Counted from the first letter of the stretch, positions 28,271-38,245 are shown. The stretch: DNA of 64,000 nt from Meiothermus sp. (GCA_033762915.1 JANRLD010000050.1:31332-95331); one strand, 5' to 3'. The notes: generated by a model from the sequence alone, not told the origin. Numbers and translations are program-made.

Positions 28271-30997
28271 ATGCAACGTCTTAACGTCAACACCAAAGGC
28301 AACGTCCTAATTGTCACCATCTTGGTCTCGATGGTGTTAATGATCGCACTGATGGGGATTACCACCAGCCTGACCGTAGGCAACCGCCAAGCGGCGGGAA
28401 ATCAGGGCCTAGCGGAGAGGGCGCAGTTTGCCGCCGAGTCGGGTCTGGCCCGGGGGGTGGCCAACCTGACGCTGATCGAGAACGACCTGAAGCGGGCTAA
28501 CCTCAACCTCTCCTCGGGGATCAACAACCAGGCCCAGCTAGACGCGGCAATGGCCACCCTGCGCGCCCAAATGTACTCCTTCTGCTACGGCGGCCCGCTT
28601 AACCAGACCATCCCGAGCAGCTTTAATATCCAGCCCACCGGGGTTCCTGCTGAGGGGCAGAACATCTGCACGGGGACCATCGCCCCGGTGAACATGTCCG
28701 ACTCGGATGAAACTGTGGGCAACACCCGCATGGCCCTGATCAAGGACAACATCCCCCTCACCGCCTACGACCCCTCGAGCCGCTTTGCCAACGACGCCGC
28801 CGAGGCCACCTACTGGGGGCAGGTCGCCAAAGGAACCTTCAACCCCCCCATCGTCCTGAGCACCGCTCCCAACGGCCTCTCCGACCGCGTACGCCTTAGC
28901 CTCGACCTCAGCCCGCGCAACATCCGCATCCGGCAGGACGGCGGCTACGACATCATCCTGGGCGACCCCAGCCGGGGACTGATCTCGGTGGGCGAGGTGA
29001 TGAATGGCACGACGGTTCTGGCGACCCGCACCATCACCCAGGCCCTGGCCACCAACCCCGCGACCATCGCCATGTCGGCGCCCAGTTTCGCCTCCTTCGC
29101 CTGGTTCTACAACACCCACCGGCAGAGCATTAACCCCGCCGATGCGGCCTACAACCAGGCCACCCTGATCACCAGCAGCCTGCGCGTCAACGGGCCGGCC
29201 TTCACCAACGGGCGGTTCGTCTTCGCCAGCGGTGCCGCCCCGACCTTCTCGAGCCAGTTCGGCAGCGCCGGCTGTGAGAATGGGGTGCCTTCCGGGGGGA
29301 GCTGTGCCAGCAAAGCCCAGCAGTACCACGTGAGCGGGATCGGAACCGGGACCAGCCGGGCCGTCTCCTCGTCGGCCCAGTGGAGCGGCCTGAGCAACAT
29401 CGCCCCGAGCTTTGCCATCAAGCGAAACAGCCTGGGTAGGGAGCTGTGCTCCGCCACGGTGGGCGGCGCGGAGTACGAGTGTACCGCCTCCGACCCGGAC
29501 AGCCGGAAGGTGCGCGACGTGAACTGGGACCGCTCGCCCATCACCATGCCCGACACCGCCATCTCCAACTTCCAGACCAGGGCTTCCAGCGGCGGCATCA
29601 CCGTCAACTCCACCGACTTCAGCGCCCCCTGGACGGCCGGCGGGAGGTACTTCAGCAGCTATACCAACATCTGCGTGACCTCCACCAACTCCAGCTGCAT
29701 GCCGCTGCCGCAGAGCGCCATTGACGGCATCGGCAGGTTCGAGGGGCGCCCGACCGTGGACCTGAGCATCGACCCGACCACCGGCCTGCAGCGCATCTCC
29801 ATCTCGGCCAACGCGGTGCGCGGCTACAACCTGGCCATCAGCCCGGACTGCGGCGGCAGCGGGGGCGGCGGCGGGGGCGGCGGCGGCGGGGTCGGGGGTG
29901 CCGACGCCCCGCAGCTGAAAAAGTTCTGGACCAGGGTGGCCCCCAAGGTGGGCGAGTTCTTCCAGGCCCTGGGCAGCGCCCTGACCTTCGGCTCGACGGC
30001 GCTGGCCCAGAACACCACCTACAGCTCAACCTGGAGATGCACCTGGGGGAGCCGCAACGGCAACACCCCCAACGGCTGGTGGGCGTACTGGACCCAGGAC
30101 GATGGGGACAGCAACAAGGTCGTGATCGACCGCTCCACCGGGCGGCCCACCAACACCACCACCGGCGCGAACGCCACCGGCGCGACGCGCTACTACAACA
30201 ACAACACCAACGAGAATCTGACCATCGTGTACGAGGTGGACACCGCCGGGCGCATCCGCATGGTCTCCAACAACACCGGCTCGGTCACCAGCACCCAGAC
30301 CATCCTGCCCGACCGCACCACGGCCAACACCCTCACGGTGCGCACCCACCCCGCCCTAGCCACCGCCCAGTCCACCAGCGTGAGCAGCACGTTCGGCTCA
30401 TCCACCTTTAACGGGGTGCTGTTCCGAAACGGCAACTTCCACCTCGAGGGCGGCTCCGGGGCCGACATCGCCTCGTACCAGCAGCTCACAGTCGCCAGCA
30501 ACAACTCCATCTACCTCAACGACGACATCACCTACCAGTCCAACCCCATGCCCACCTCTGGCACCCCTCCCCAAAACCTGCTGGGCATCTACGCCAAGAA
30601 CGACATCATGCTCACCGATTGGAACCGGGGTTCGGCCTCCACGGCGGGGCGCTCGGTGGACGCGGTGATGATGGCCGAGACCGGCTCCATCCGGGCGGGC
30701 GGCTTCGACTGGGAGGGCAACAACGGTCGGGACGTGACCTCCTGCAACTTCGCCACCAAGGGCAACTTCACGGTCAGGGGCAGCCTGATCCAGAACACCC
30801 TGGGGGCCACCAACTGCGTCAATAACGGAACCGTCACCGGCGGGTACGTGGGCAACTACACCTACGATAACCGCATGCTGAGCGGCTTCGCGCCGCCCGC
30901 CTTCCCCAGCTTCAGCCAGGGCAACTGGGGCTTTAACGCCACCGTCGTCACCCCCACCCAGCGCGGCTTCTGGCAGGTGGTTCCGCCGCAGAACTGA
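28271..30997 (+). CDS. Large PilX/ComZ-like type IV pilus tip protein
   Basis: KG|NVLIVTILV prepilin-like N-terminus lacking Glu5, AQFAAESG motif, Asn/Thr/Gly-rich beta body, C-terminal YTYDNRM..PPAFP. Confidence 0.8.
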   Translation: MQRLNVNTKGNVLIVTILVSMVLMIALMGITTSLTVGNRQAAGNQGLAERAQFAAESGLARGVANLTLIENDLKRANLNLSSGINNQAQLDAAMATLRAQMYSFCYGGPLNQTIPSSFNIQPTGVPAEGQNICTGTIAPVNMSDSDETVGNTRMALIKDNIPLTAYDPSSRFANDAAEATYWGQVAKGTFNPPIVLSTAPNGLSDRVRLSLDLSPRNIRIRQDGGYDIILGDPSRGLISVGEVMNGTTVLATRTITQALATNPATIAMSAPSFASFAWFYNTHRQSINPADAAYNQATLITSSLRVNGPAFTNGRFVFASGAAPTFSSQFGSAGCENGVPSGGSCASKAQQYHVSGIGTGTSRAVSSSAQWSGLSNIAPSFAIKRNSLGRELCSATVGGAEYECTASDPDSRKVRDVNWDRSPITMPDTAISNFQTRASSGGITVNSTDFSAPWTAGGRYFSSYTNICVTSTNSSCMPLPQSAIDGIGRFEGRPTVDLSIDPTTGLQRISISANAVRGYNLAISPDCGGSGGGGGGGGGGVGGADAPQLKKFWTRVAPKVGEFFQALGSALTFGSTALAQNTTYSSTWRCTWGSRNGNTPNGWWAYWTQDDGDSNKVVIDRSTGRPTNTTTGANATGATRYYNNNTNENLTIVYEVDTAGRIRMVSNNTGSVTSTQTILPDRTTANTLTVRTHPALATAQSTSVSSTFGSSTFNGVLFRNGNFHLEGGSGADIASYQQLTVASNNSIYLNDDITYQSNPMPTSGTPPQNLLGIYAKNDIMLTDWNRGSASTAGRSVDAVMMAETGSIRAGGFDWEGNNGRDVTSCNFATKGNFTVRGSLIQNTLGATNCVNNGTVTGGYVGNYTYDNRMLSGFAPPAFPSFSQGNWGFNATVVTPTQRGFWQVVPPQN

Positions 30998-31021
30998 GGG
31001 CCCAGCCCTCCGAGAGGCATC

Positions 31022-31489
31022 ATGCATAGCCGCGCAGGTTTTTCACTCGTCGAGATCTTGATCGTGTTGGCCGGCATGGGGCTGCTGATGGGCGTGGCCA
31101 CGGTCAGCCTGCAGGGCCTGCGCGAGCGCACCGGTGTGCGCCAGGCCGCCACCGACTACGCGGTGATCCTGCGCCAGGCCCGCACCCTGGCCCAGCGCTA
31201 CAACGCCAACGTCACCGTGCAGCTCACCGGACTCAGCGGCGGACTCGCCAGCGGCTACAGCCTGACCCAGGTGCGCTCAAGCGGCAGCGTGACCCAGACC
31301 TACACCATGCCCAGCGGGGTGCGGGCCAAAGCTGCCGTCAGCGGGGGGGAAACCACTCTGACCTACCAGGCCCCCTACGGCGAAGTGGTGAGCACAGGCC
31401 TGTCTATCCGCTTCGAATCCTCTCGAAACAGCAGTGTGGGCGTGACGGTGGGCGCGGTGGGGCTCACCGGAAAGGTCGTGGTCTACTAA
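31022..31489 (+). CDS. Type IV minor pilin (FimT/GspH-like)
   Basis: RAG|FSLVEIL N-methylation motif; LRQARTLA. Confidence 0.9.
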   Translation: MHSRAGFSLVEILIVLAGMGLLMGVATVSLQGLRERTGVRQAATDYAVILRQARTLAQRYNANVTVQLTGLSGGLASGYSLTQVRSSGSVTQTYTMPSGVRAKAAVSGGETTLTYQAPYGEVVSTGLSIRFESSRNSSVGVTVGAVGLTGKVVVY

Positions 31490-31490
31490 C

Positions 31491-31931
31491 ATGCTCAAAC
31501 CCAAAGGACTCACCGTAATCGAGATCTTGATTGCCATCACCATTCTCGGGGCCTTGCTGGCAGCCTCGAGTGGGGCCCTGGCGACGATGTTTAACACCTC
31601 CAAGAACGCCCGCGGGGCGGTGAGCGACGTCACCGTGGCCCGCAACCTCATCGAGACCGTGCGCCAGCAGTGGAGCGGCACCGCCGGCCGTGGCGCCTTC
31701 GACGCCAACTGCGTCAGGGTGACGCTGCCCGCCGGGGCCAGCGTCAGTGTCTTCTCCACCGCCAGCGATGGCGCACTGGGGAGCGCGCTGACCGCCAGCA
31801 TCATCGACCCTGCCGCCACCTGTGCAACCGCCAACGCGAACGCTGCGGGCACCGTCAAGCGGGTGATCGTGGCCACCAACCGGGGCGGCAACGAAACCGC
31901 CCGCCTGACCCTCGACCTGGTGCGCCCCTAG
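31491..31931 (+). CDS. Type IV minor pilin (PilV-like)
   Basis: KG|LTVIEIL motif. Confidence 0.85.
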   Translation: MLKPKGLTVIEILIAITILGALLAASSGALATMFNTSKNARGAVSDVTVARNLIETVRQQWSGTAGRGAFDANCVRVTLPAGASVSVFSTASDGALGSALTASIIDPAATCATANANAAGTVKRVIVATNRGGNETARLTLDLVRP

Positions 31932-31936
31932 GCCCT

Positions 31937-32728
31937 ATGAAAACGCGCGGCTTCACCCTCCTCGAGATCATCATCGCCATGGCGGTGATGGGCATTCTGA
32001 TGGTCAGCTTCATCCAGTTCTTTGTGGGCAGCCTCAAGACCGCCCAGGACATCGACAACCGCAGCGAACTGGTGACCGAAGGGCAGATCGCTCACCAGCT
32101 GATCTCGGCCCGACTGCAAGAGGCCTGGCACCTCCTGCCCCCCGGCACCTCCGTCGCCTTGAGCCACACCGCGGCCTGGATGATCACCAAGCCCAGCGGC
32201 GGCACCACCTGGACGGTGGAAAGCGCCACCGAACCGTTCATGGCCATGGTCCTGCCGCCCACCAACCTGGGCCAGACCTGCTCGAGCACGGACACCAGGG
32301 GCTGCTACCGCTTCTTCGCCTACTACTCGATCACCCGCTCGAGCTATGTCAGCAACACCAGCAACCGCGCCAACGACCGGCTGATCAGCGACCCCTCCAA
32401 CCCCGGGGCCTGGGTGCTGATGCAGTACCGGGGGTTCATCCCCAGCGGGACCGTGACCTCCGGCAGCACCAGCGTGACCGTCACCCCCGCCAGCCTCTGG
32501 GACATCCGGGCCGACTTGCTGGCCGACTACGTGGTGCCGGTCAACTCGAGCCTGACCTTCAGCAACTACCAGCCGTTCGATATGATCGGCACCGCCGCGC
32601 CCTTCCGGGTGGTGCTGGACTTGCGCTTCAGCCGCAGCGTACAGGGGCGGACCATCCAGCTCGGCGGCACCAGCGACTCGCTAAGGTCGGAGGTTTTGGC
32701 CCGCAATCAGGGCCAGCTTGCCCCATAA
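31937..32728 (+). CDS. Type IV minor pilin (PilW-like)
   Basis: RG|FTLLEII motif. Confidence 0.85.
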   Translation: MKTRGFTLLEIIIAMAVMGILMVSFIQFFVGSLKTAQDIDNRSELVTEGQIAHQLISARLQEAWHLLPPGTSVALSHTAAWMITKPSGGTTWTVESATEPFMAMVLPPTNLGQTCSSTDTRGCYRFFAYYSITRSSYVSNTSNRANDRLISDPSNPGAWVLMQYRGFIPSGTVTSGSTSVTVTPASLWDIRADLLADYVVPVNSSLTFSNYQPFDMIGTAAPFRVVLDLRFSRSVQGRTIQLGGTSDSLRSEVLARNQGQLAP

Positions 32729-32735
32729 TCGGGGT

Positions 32736-33314
32736 ATGCGGCTCATCATCGCCGACGACCACCCTCTGTTCCGCATGGGCCTCAGGGCCGCCCTCGAGCG
32801 TGAGGGCTTCGAGATACTTGCCGAGGCCGGCGACGGTGAGGAGGCCCTGCGGTTGGGGCTGGGGCTGCGCCCCGAGGGCATCATCCTGGACGTGCGGATG
32901 CCCAAGCTCGACGGCATCGCCGTCGCCAAGGCCCTGCGCACCCAGGGCTTCGGCGGCCTGATCACCCTGCTGACCACCTTTAGCGAGCCGGTGCTGGTGC
33001 AGCAGGCCGCCCAGGCTGGGGCCGACGCCTACTGGTCGAAGGAACTGCCCCCCGAGGCCGTGGCCCAACGCTTGCACCTGCTGAGGGAGGGCAAGGAGCC
33101 CCGGCTGCGCCCCCCCGAGCTGCCCCGGCTGACCACGCGGGAGCAGGAGGTGCTGGGTTACCTGGTGCAAGGCCTCTCCACCAAGGAGATCGCCAAGCAG
33201 CTGGGCCTCTCGCCCGAGACCGTCAAGGATCACCTGCTGCGCCTCTACGAGAAGATGGACGCCCGCAACAAAGTCGAAGCCCTCGAGCGGGCCAGGGCGC
33301 TGGGCTACATCTGA
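32736..33314 (+). CDS. NarL/LuxR-family response regulator
   Basis: IADDHPLFRMG, LDVRMP, LTTREQEVL..GLSTKEIA..LSPETVK. Confidence 0.93.
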   Translation: MRLIIADDHPLFRMGLRAALEREGFEILAEAGDGEEALRLGLGLRPEGIILDVRMPKLDGIAVAKALRTQGFGGLITLLTTFSEPVLVQQAAQAGADAYWSKELPPEAVAQRLHLLREGKEPRLRPPELPRLTTREQEVLGYLVQGLSTKEIAKQLGLSPETVKDHLLRLYEKMDARNKVEALERARALGYI

Positions 33315-33373
33315 ACTGGGTTGGGTGTACCGCACGGAGCGCCGGGATGGGAGCACGACCTCCGGATTTTGGG

Positions 33374-33552
33374 GTTGTGCCAGGGTGAATCTGCGAGATC
33401 GGCGGGGCCAACGGTTGCGTTCCTGGGCCGAGTGGCGTGCGCCATAGCCGCAGGGCGGCTACCCGGGGCGGAGTGGCGTGCGCCATAGCCGCGGGGCGGC
33501 TACCCAGGGCGCAGTCCCCTACGGGTGTTTTGTGGCGGTTAACTGTGCAGAC
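33374..33552 (-). repeat. Dispersed palindromic repeat family A, copy 3 (divergent, two internal units)
   Basis: GTTGTGCCAGGGT...GTGGCGTGCGCCATAGCCGC..GCGGCTACCC twice...AACTGTGCAGAC. Confidence 0.8.
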
Positions 33553-33976
33553 ACTTGGGCACCACCGGCGAGGGTGGTACGGGTGGGCCGCCGCAGTCCT
33601 CGAGGGGACTCCGGCCTTGCCGGGCCAGTGAGCGCGGCCGGAGGAGTTCGGCCCCTGGGGTTTGCCGAGTCGAGCTTGAAATCGACTGTACTGTTTCGGG
33701 GGCCCTGGCGGCTCGAGGGCTGTCGCTAGGGGTGAAAAAACCGGGCGAAGCCGGAGTGACCGCGTTACGGGTTCTTTATCGCGTCGGTGAGAGGGATATC
33801 TGCCCTTCATAGACTTGTGATTATTTGTATCTTCCCCGCTCTGCAACCCCCGAGTTTCGTGCGAAACATGGCCTTTGGACGGTCTTTCGGCCGTCCGGGC
33901 CTAGATTTTTTTGTAACTTGAGTTTAGCCCCGACATAACGCTGGGTGGGGCGAATCCATCTGTTAGATTCACCCCA

Positions 33977-34504
33977 ATGAAAGCCGTCTCGTCTTGGCCC
34001 CGCTCGAGCCCGCTGCTCGAGCGGGGGGGGTTGAGCCTGCTCGAGATGCTGGTGGCCTCTGCGATCATCGGGGTACTGCTGTCGGTGGGGGCCTGGGTGC
34101 TGGACCGGCGCGGCCTTGAGCTGAACCGCGCCCTAGGCGACCTGCAAAACCTGATCCAGGTCGCCCGCTTCGAGGCCATCCGGGGCAACCAGACAGTGCT
34201 GCTGCGCTTCTCCCAGACACAAGCCTTCGTGGACACCAACAGCGACGGGCTTCTGAGCGGCGGTGAGCGGGCTCTCGAGCTTTCCGAGTACGGCCCGGAC
34301 CTGCGGCTCGAGGCCAGCATCAGCGGCGCCACGGCTTTCCGCTGGAGCCCCCAGGGCCTGCCCATCCAGGCAGGCACAGACGGCTTCGCGGCGGGCAGCA
34401 TCACGGTTTACAACAACAGCAAGAGCCTTCGCCTCTGCCTGAGCGCGGCGGGGCGGCTGCGGCGGCTCGCCGCTGCGAACGAGGGGCTGGTCAATTGTCA
34501 GTAA
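33977..34504 (+). CDS. Type IV minor pilin (FimT/GspH-like), cassette 2
   Basis: RGG|LSLLEML; ARFEAIRGN. Confidence 0.85.
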   Translation: MKAVSSWPRSSPLLERGGLSLLEMLVASAIIGVLLSVGAWVLDRRGLELNRALGDLQNLIQVARFEAIRGNQTVLLRFSQTQAFVDTNSDGLLSGGERALELSEYGPDLRLEASISGATAFRWSPQGLPIQAGTDGFAAGSITVYNNSKSLRLCLSAAGRLRRLAAANEGLVNCQ

Positions 34505-34521
34505 GGAATTGAGGAGGCGGA

Positions 34522-34872
34522 GTGAGAAGAGGCGGATTTTCCCTGATCGAAGTCTTGATGGCTACGGTGATTGTTTCGGTCTCGGTGGTGGCCATCGCGG
34601 GCATTCAAAACACCAGCCTGCAGATCTCCCGCGAGGCCCGCCTGATCCGCGAGGCTACCGACCTGGGCAGTGCCGCTGTCGGGCGGCTGCGGGCGGCATC
34701 GGCCTCAGGCAGCCTGGGCAGCCAGTGCGTGCGGAGCAGCCAGCAGGGCTTCACCGTGGACTGCAGCCTGAGCAGCCTGCAGAGCAGCCCGCCCAGCTAC
34801 CTGGTGCGCCTCGAGGTGCGCCGGGGCGAGAAGACCTATCTGAATCTGAACACGGTGGTTTCGCAGCCGTAG
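34522..34872 (+). CDS. Type IV minor pilin (PilV-like), cassette 2
   Basis: RGG|FSLIEVL; SD GAGGAGG. Confidence 0.85.
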   Translation: MRRGGFSLIEVLMATVIVSVSVVAIAGIQNTSLQISREARLIREATDLGSAAVGRLRAASASGSLGSQCVRSSQQGFTVDCSLSSLQSSPPSYLVRLEVRRGEKTYLNLNTVVSQP

Positions 34873-34953
34873 GCTGATTGTGTAGCGGGTCGCAGGTCGC
34901 AGGTCGAGCGCAACTGGTTGGACAGATTTGGGCGGCTATTTTGAAGGGGTTTT

Positions 34954-35886
34954 GTGAGCGCATCAAGGTCGATAAACAGGGGCGTCAGTCTGGTCGAGAT
35001 GCTGATCGTGTTGGCGATCTCGGGGGTGATTGGGCTGGCGCTGGTGGCCTTCACCCGCTCAACCCAGCAGGCCCAACAGGCCCAGCTTGACCTCAGTGCC
35101 CTCGAGCACAACCTCGCAGCGGCGCTGCACATCCTGCAGTCCGACCTGCGAATGGCCGGATTCCGGGGCGACCTCGAGGCCTTTCGCGGGAGCTGGCTTC
35201 CCGCCGATCAGGCCGCCGCCCTGCGCTGGACGCAGAAGGCCTGGCAGGCCACCGTGTCCACAGTCAACTTCCGCCAGGCCGCCAACCCCCTCGAGAGCCT
35301 GGGCGGCCAGTTCCGCGACGGCTCGCTGGCCTCGAGCACGCGTGACGAACTCGAGCTGGCCTGGGTGGAGGGCCTCAGTGGCACACCGGGCGCAGCCCAG
35401 ATCTGTCTCGAGCGGGTCTTCTACGACCTCGACGTTATCCAGCTGAGCCTGCGCCGCTCGGAGAACCTCTGGCTCAGCCTCCCCCAGACGGTCGGCTCCA
35501 GCGGGGCCCTATCCTTCAACCTTAACAACAACAACTGCCAGCCCACCGCCGGCCCCGGCCTGGCCTCGCCCCAGCCGCTGGTCGGCAACGTCGAGGACTT
35601 CCAGGTGGCTTTCCTGGATCAGGCCGGAGGCTGGCACAACCGCCCCGAGGCGCTGAGCCCGGGCTCGGTGCGGGCGGTGGGGATCTACCTGCGGATGCGC
35701 TCGGACGCCCCGCAAGGCCCCGCCAACTGCGGGGTCTGGCCCAGTCCCCAGGCCCTCCCCGCCGACGCCGCCACCCTGGGCATTCGGCAGTACACCTACG
35801 GCGGCGATAACTGCAATTACCGCCGTCTCGAGCGCTTCGTCACCGTCGCGTTGCCCAACCCCCAGGCCTACGAGGTGAGCCCGTGA
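34954..35886 (+). CDS. Type IV minor pilin (PilW-like), cassette 2
   Basis: RG|VSLVEML; LQSDLRMAGF; QPLVGNVEDFQV. Confidence 0.85.
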   Translation: MSASRSINRGVSLVEMLIVLAISGVIGLALVAFTRSTQQAQQAQLDLSALEHNLAAALHILQSDLRMAGFRGDLEAFRGSWLPADQAAALRWTQKAWQATVSTVNFRQAANPLESLGGQFRDGSLASSTRDELELAWVEGLSGTPGAAQICLERVFYDLDVIQLSLRRSENLWLSLPQTVGSSGALSFNLNNNNCQPTAGPGLASPQPLVGNVEDFQVAFLDQAGGWHNRPEALSPGSVRAVGIYLRMRSDAPQGPANCGVWPSPQALPADAATLGIRQYTYGGDNCNYRRLERFVTVALPNPQAYEVSP

Positions 35887-37070
35887 GGAACCCGGGTTTC
35901 GTCCTCGTCACCGCGCTGAGCGTCGCGGCCCTGGTGCTGATCCTGGGCGTCTCATCCAGTTTCATGGCCCAGAGCACCCTCGAGGTCGCCTCCAACCTGC
36001 GCCAGGCCACCGAGGCCCGCTTCGCCGCCGAGGGCGGGATTGACCAGGCGGCGGCTGAACTGAGCCTGGGCTGGAACTGCGCCGGAACCCACAGCCTCAG
36101 CGTGGGTGGATACTCCCTGACCATCCGCCGCACGGCCCTGGGCGAGGGACAGTGCGCGGTGCAGAGCCGCGCCGTGGGGGTTGGGGCCCGGCCCTCAAGC
36201 TTCACCGCCAGCGCGGTCATCCAGGCCCAGAGCCGGTCTGCTGCCTTCTCCGCCGTGCCCGACCCGGAGTCCGCCGCCCGCGCCACCGCCGCCTGCCAGC
36301 AGCCCCTTGGCAGCCCCAACGCCAACGCCCAAGGCTTCAACTACGCCCGCCAGAAGGCCCGCTACTTCCCCACCGACCTCGGCGGCTTTACGCTGAACTA
36401 CCCCCGCGCCGCGGGCTCCGACATCCCGATCCGCACCCAGGCCGAGGCCAACAGCTTTTTTCCCAGCGGCTCGAGGGTTCGCATCACCGGGGCCAACCTG
36501 CGCTTCAGCCCTACTGAGAACATCGTCCTCAGCGACGTGACCATCGTGGTTGAGGGCTTCGAGGTGCGCTTCACCCGGCCCACCGGCTCGACTGCGGCCG
36601 TCACGGTGAGCGATAGCCGCCTCAACGCCAACCGCTTCAGCTTCGGCAATCTGGGCCAGTACGCCCCGGCCTTGCAGAACAGCCGCGTCTTCGCCGAGAA
36701 CAACCTGACCCTGGGTTCTACCGCCGACGGACTCCCGCTGATCCGCCCCGGCCCCAACACCCTGGCGGCGCGCAACAATGCCGAGGTCGCCGTGGTGGCC
36801 GGGTCGGCCTACGGCCACGACCCGGTGGGGCTGGCGGTGCTGGCCTGCGGCAGCATCACCCACCGCAGCACCCAGAACCTCGACGGCGTCTACCGGGCCG
36901 AGGGCAAGCTGGTTTGGAACGGTCGGGGCAGGCTGCGCGGCAGCGCTTCCGCCGCCTTCCTCGAGACCCCCCAGCCCCTGTCCCTCGAGGGGGGCGCTGA
37001 ACTCGCCAACCCGGACACCAGCGACTTCGGCTCGAGCCTGATCCGGGCAGTGGTGATCAGCCGTCGATAA
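35883..37070 (+). CDS. PilX-like pilus assembly protein, cassette 2
   Basis: PG|FVLVTAL without Glu5; ARFAAEGG. Confidence 0.8.
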   Translation: MRNPGFVLVTALSVAALVLILGVSSSFMAQSTLEVASNLRQATEARFAAEGGIDQAAAELSLGWNCAGTHSLSVGGYSLTIRRTALGEGQCAVQSRAVGVGARPSSFTASAVIQAQSRSAAFSAVPDPESAARATAACQQPLGSPNANAQGFNYARQKARYFPTDLGGFTLNYPRAAGSDIPIRTQAEANSFFPSGSRVRITGANLRFSPTENIVLSDVTIVVEGFEVRFTRPTGSTAAVTVSDSRLNANRFSFGNLGQYAPALQNSRVFAENNLTLGSTADGLPLIRPGPNTLAARNNAEVAVVAGSAYGHDPVGLAVLACGSITHRSTQNLDGVYRAEGKLVWNGRGRLRGSASAAFLETPQPLSLEGGAELANPDTSDFGSSLIRAVVISRR

Positions 37071-37073
37071 CGC

Positions 37074-37245
37074 TTCAAGTTGTGCCAGGGTAGAAGTGCG
37101 GAATCGGCAGATACGGAAAATACTTGCCTGGGTGGAGCGGCTACCCAGGGCGGAGTAGCGTGCGCCATAGCCGCAGAGCGGCTACCCGAGGCGCAGTTCC
37201 CTGCGGGAGCTGGCGGGTGGCATCTCGCAGTTGAACTATGAAGAC
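37074..37245 (-). repeat. Dispersed palindromic repeat family A, copy 4
   Basis: TTCAAGTTGTGCCAGGGTAGAAGTGCGGAA...GCCATAGCCGCAGAGCGGCTACCCGAGGCGCAG...AACTATGAAGAC. Confidence 0.9.
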
Positions 37246-37429
37246 ACTTGGGGCGCTTCATGCTTCGCTATAAGGGAGGAAAACGCGATCAGCCCTAAGG
37301 TTTTTGCGGGCCGTTGGTTGAAATCTGCTGTAGAAGGGAGATGGCGGGAGGGGAAAAAAGTCAAAGGTGTTCCTGGCGATGTGGGGCGGTGGCTCGCATT
37401 CCACCTATCCAGATACTTACAATCCGGGC

Positions 37430-38212
37430 ATGAACTACGGCGACTGGGCCTTGCTGCAAGACCGCCGGGGGCGGAAGTACTTGTTTCACCTTAAGGAAGG
37501 AGGGCGGTTTGACACCCAGCGGGGGACAGTTTTGCACTCGGCGCTGCTCGAGGCCGGGGCCGGGGGAACGGTGACGAGCGCCCAAGGAGAGGCGTTCTCG
37601 GTGCACCGCCCTACGCTCGAGGACTACCTCCCCCTCATGCGCCGTGAGGCCACCCCGACTTACCCCAAAGACGCTGCGGCTATCGTGGCGATGCTCGACC
37701 TGGCCCCCGGAATGCGGGTGCTCGAGGCGGGCTCCGGGTCGGGTGGGCTGACCCTGTACCTGGCTCGAGCCGTGGGCCGGGAAGGTCAGGTCTGGAGCTA
37801 CGAGCTCAAGGCCCGGCACCTGGACCGGGCGAGGCGGAACCTCGAGGCGTTTGAGGACTGGGGCAACGTGACCTGGGTCGAGGGCGACGTGGGCTCGGGG
37901 GGTCTGGGGGCCGGTAACTTCGACGGCGCGGCGCTCGATCTGATGGAGCCTTGGCTGGTGCTCGAGGCGGTCGCGCGGGCGCTAAAGCCGGATCGCAGCC
38001 TTGTGACCTACCTGCCCAACATCACCCAAGCGGTGCGGCTGCTCGAGGAGGTCGAACGCCTGGGGCTTCCGCTGCGCCATGAGCGGACGCTCGAGGTGAT
38101 CCACCGCGAGTGGGACGTGCGTCCGCCGGTGGCCCACCCGCACTTCCAGCAGGTCGGCCACACCGCCTTCCTGACCCAGCTGCGAACCACCGCCCCCCGC
38201 GCTAGCCGCTGA
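37430..38212 (+). CDS. trmI: tRNA (adenine-58-N1)-methyltransferase
   Basis: RPTLEDY..MRREATPTYPKD, VLEAGSGSGGL, LDLMEPW, QQVGHTAFL. Confidence 0.92.
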   Translation: MNYGDWALLQDRRGRKYLFHLKEGGRFDTQRGTVLHSALLEAGAGGTVTSAQGEAFSVHRPTLEDYLPLMRREATPTYPKDAAAIVAMLDLAPGMRVLEAGSGSGGLTLYLARAVGREGQVWSYELKARHLDRARRNLEAFEDWGNVTWVEGDVGSGGLGAGNFDGAALDLMEPWLVLEAVARALKPDRSLVTYLPNITQAVRLLEEVERLGLPLRHERTLEVIHREWDVRPPVAHPHFQQVGHTAFLTQLRTTAPRASR

Positions 38213-38245
38213 GCGTCTCGAGGTTGTATCTTGGAAAGAATACCT

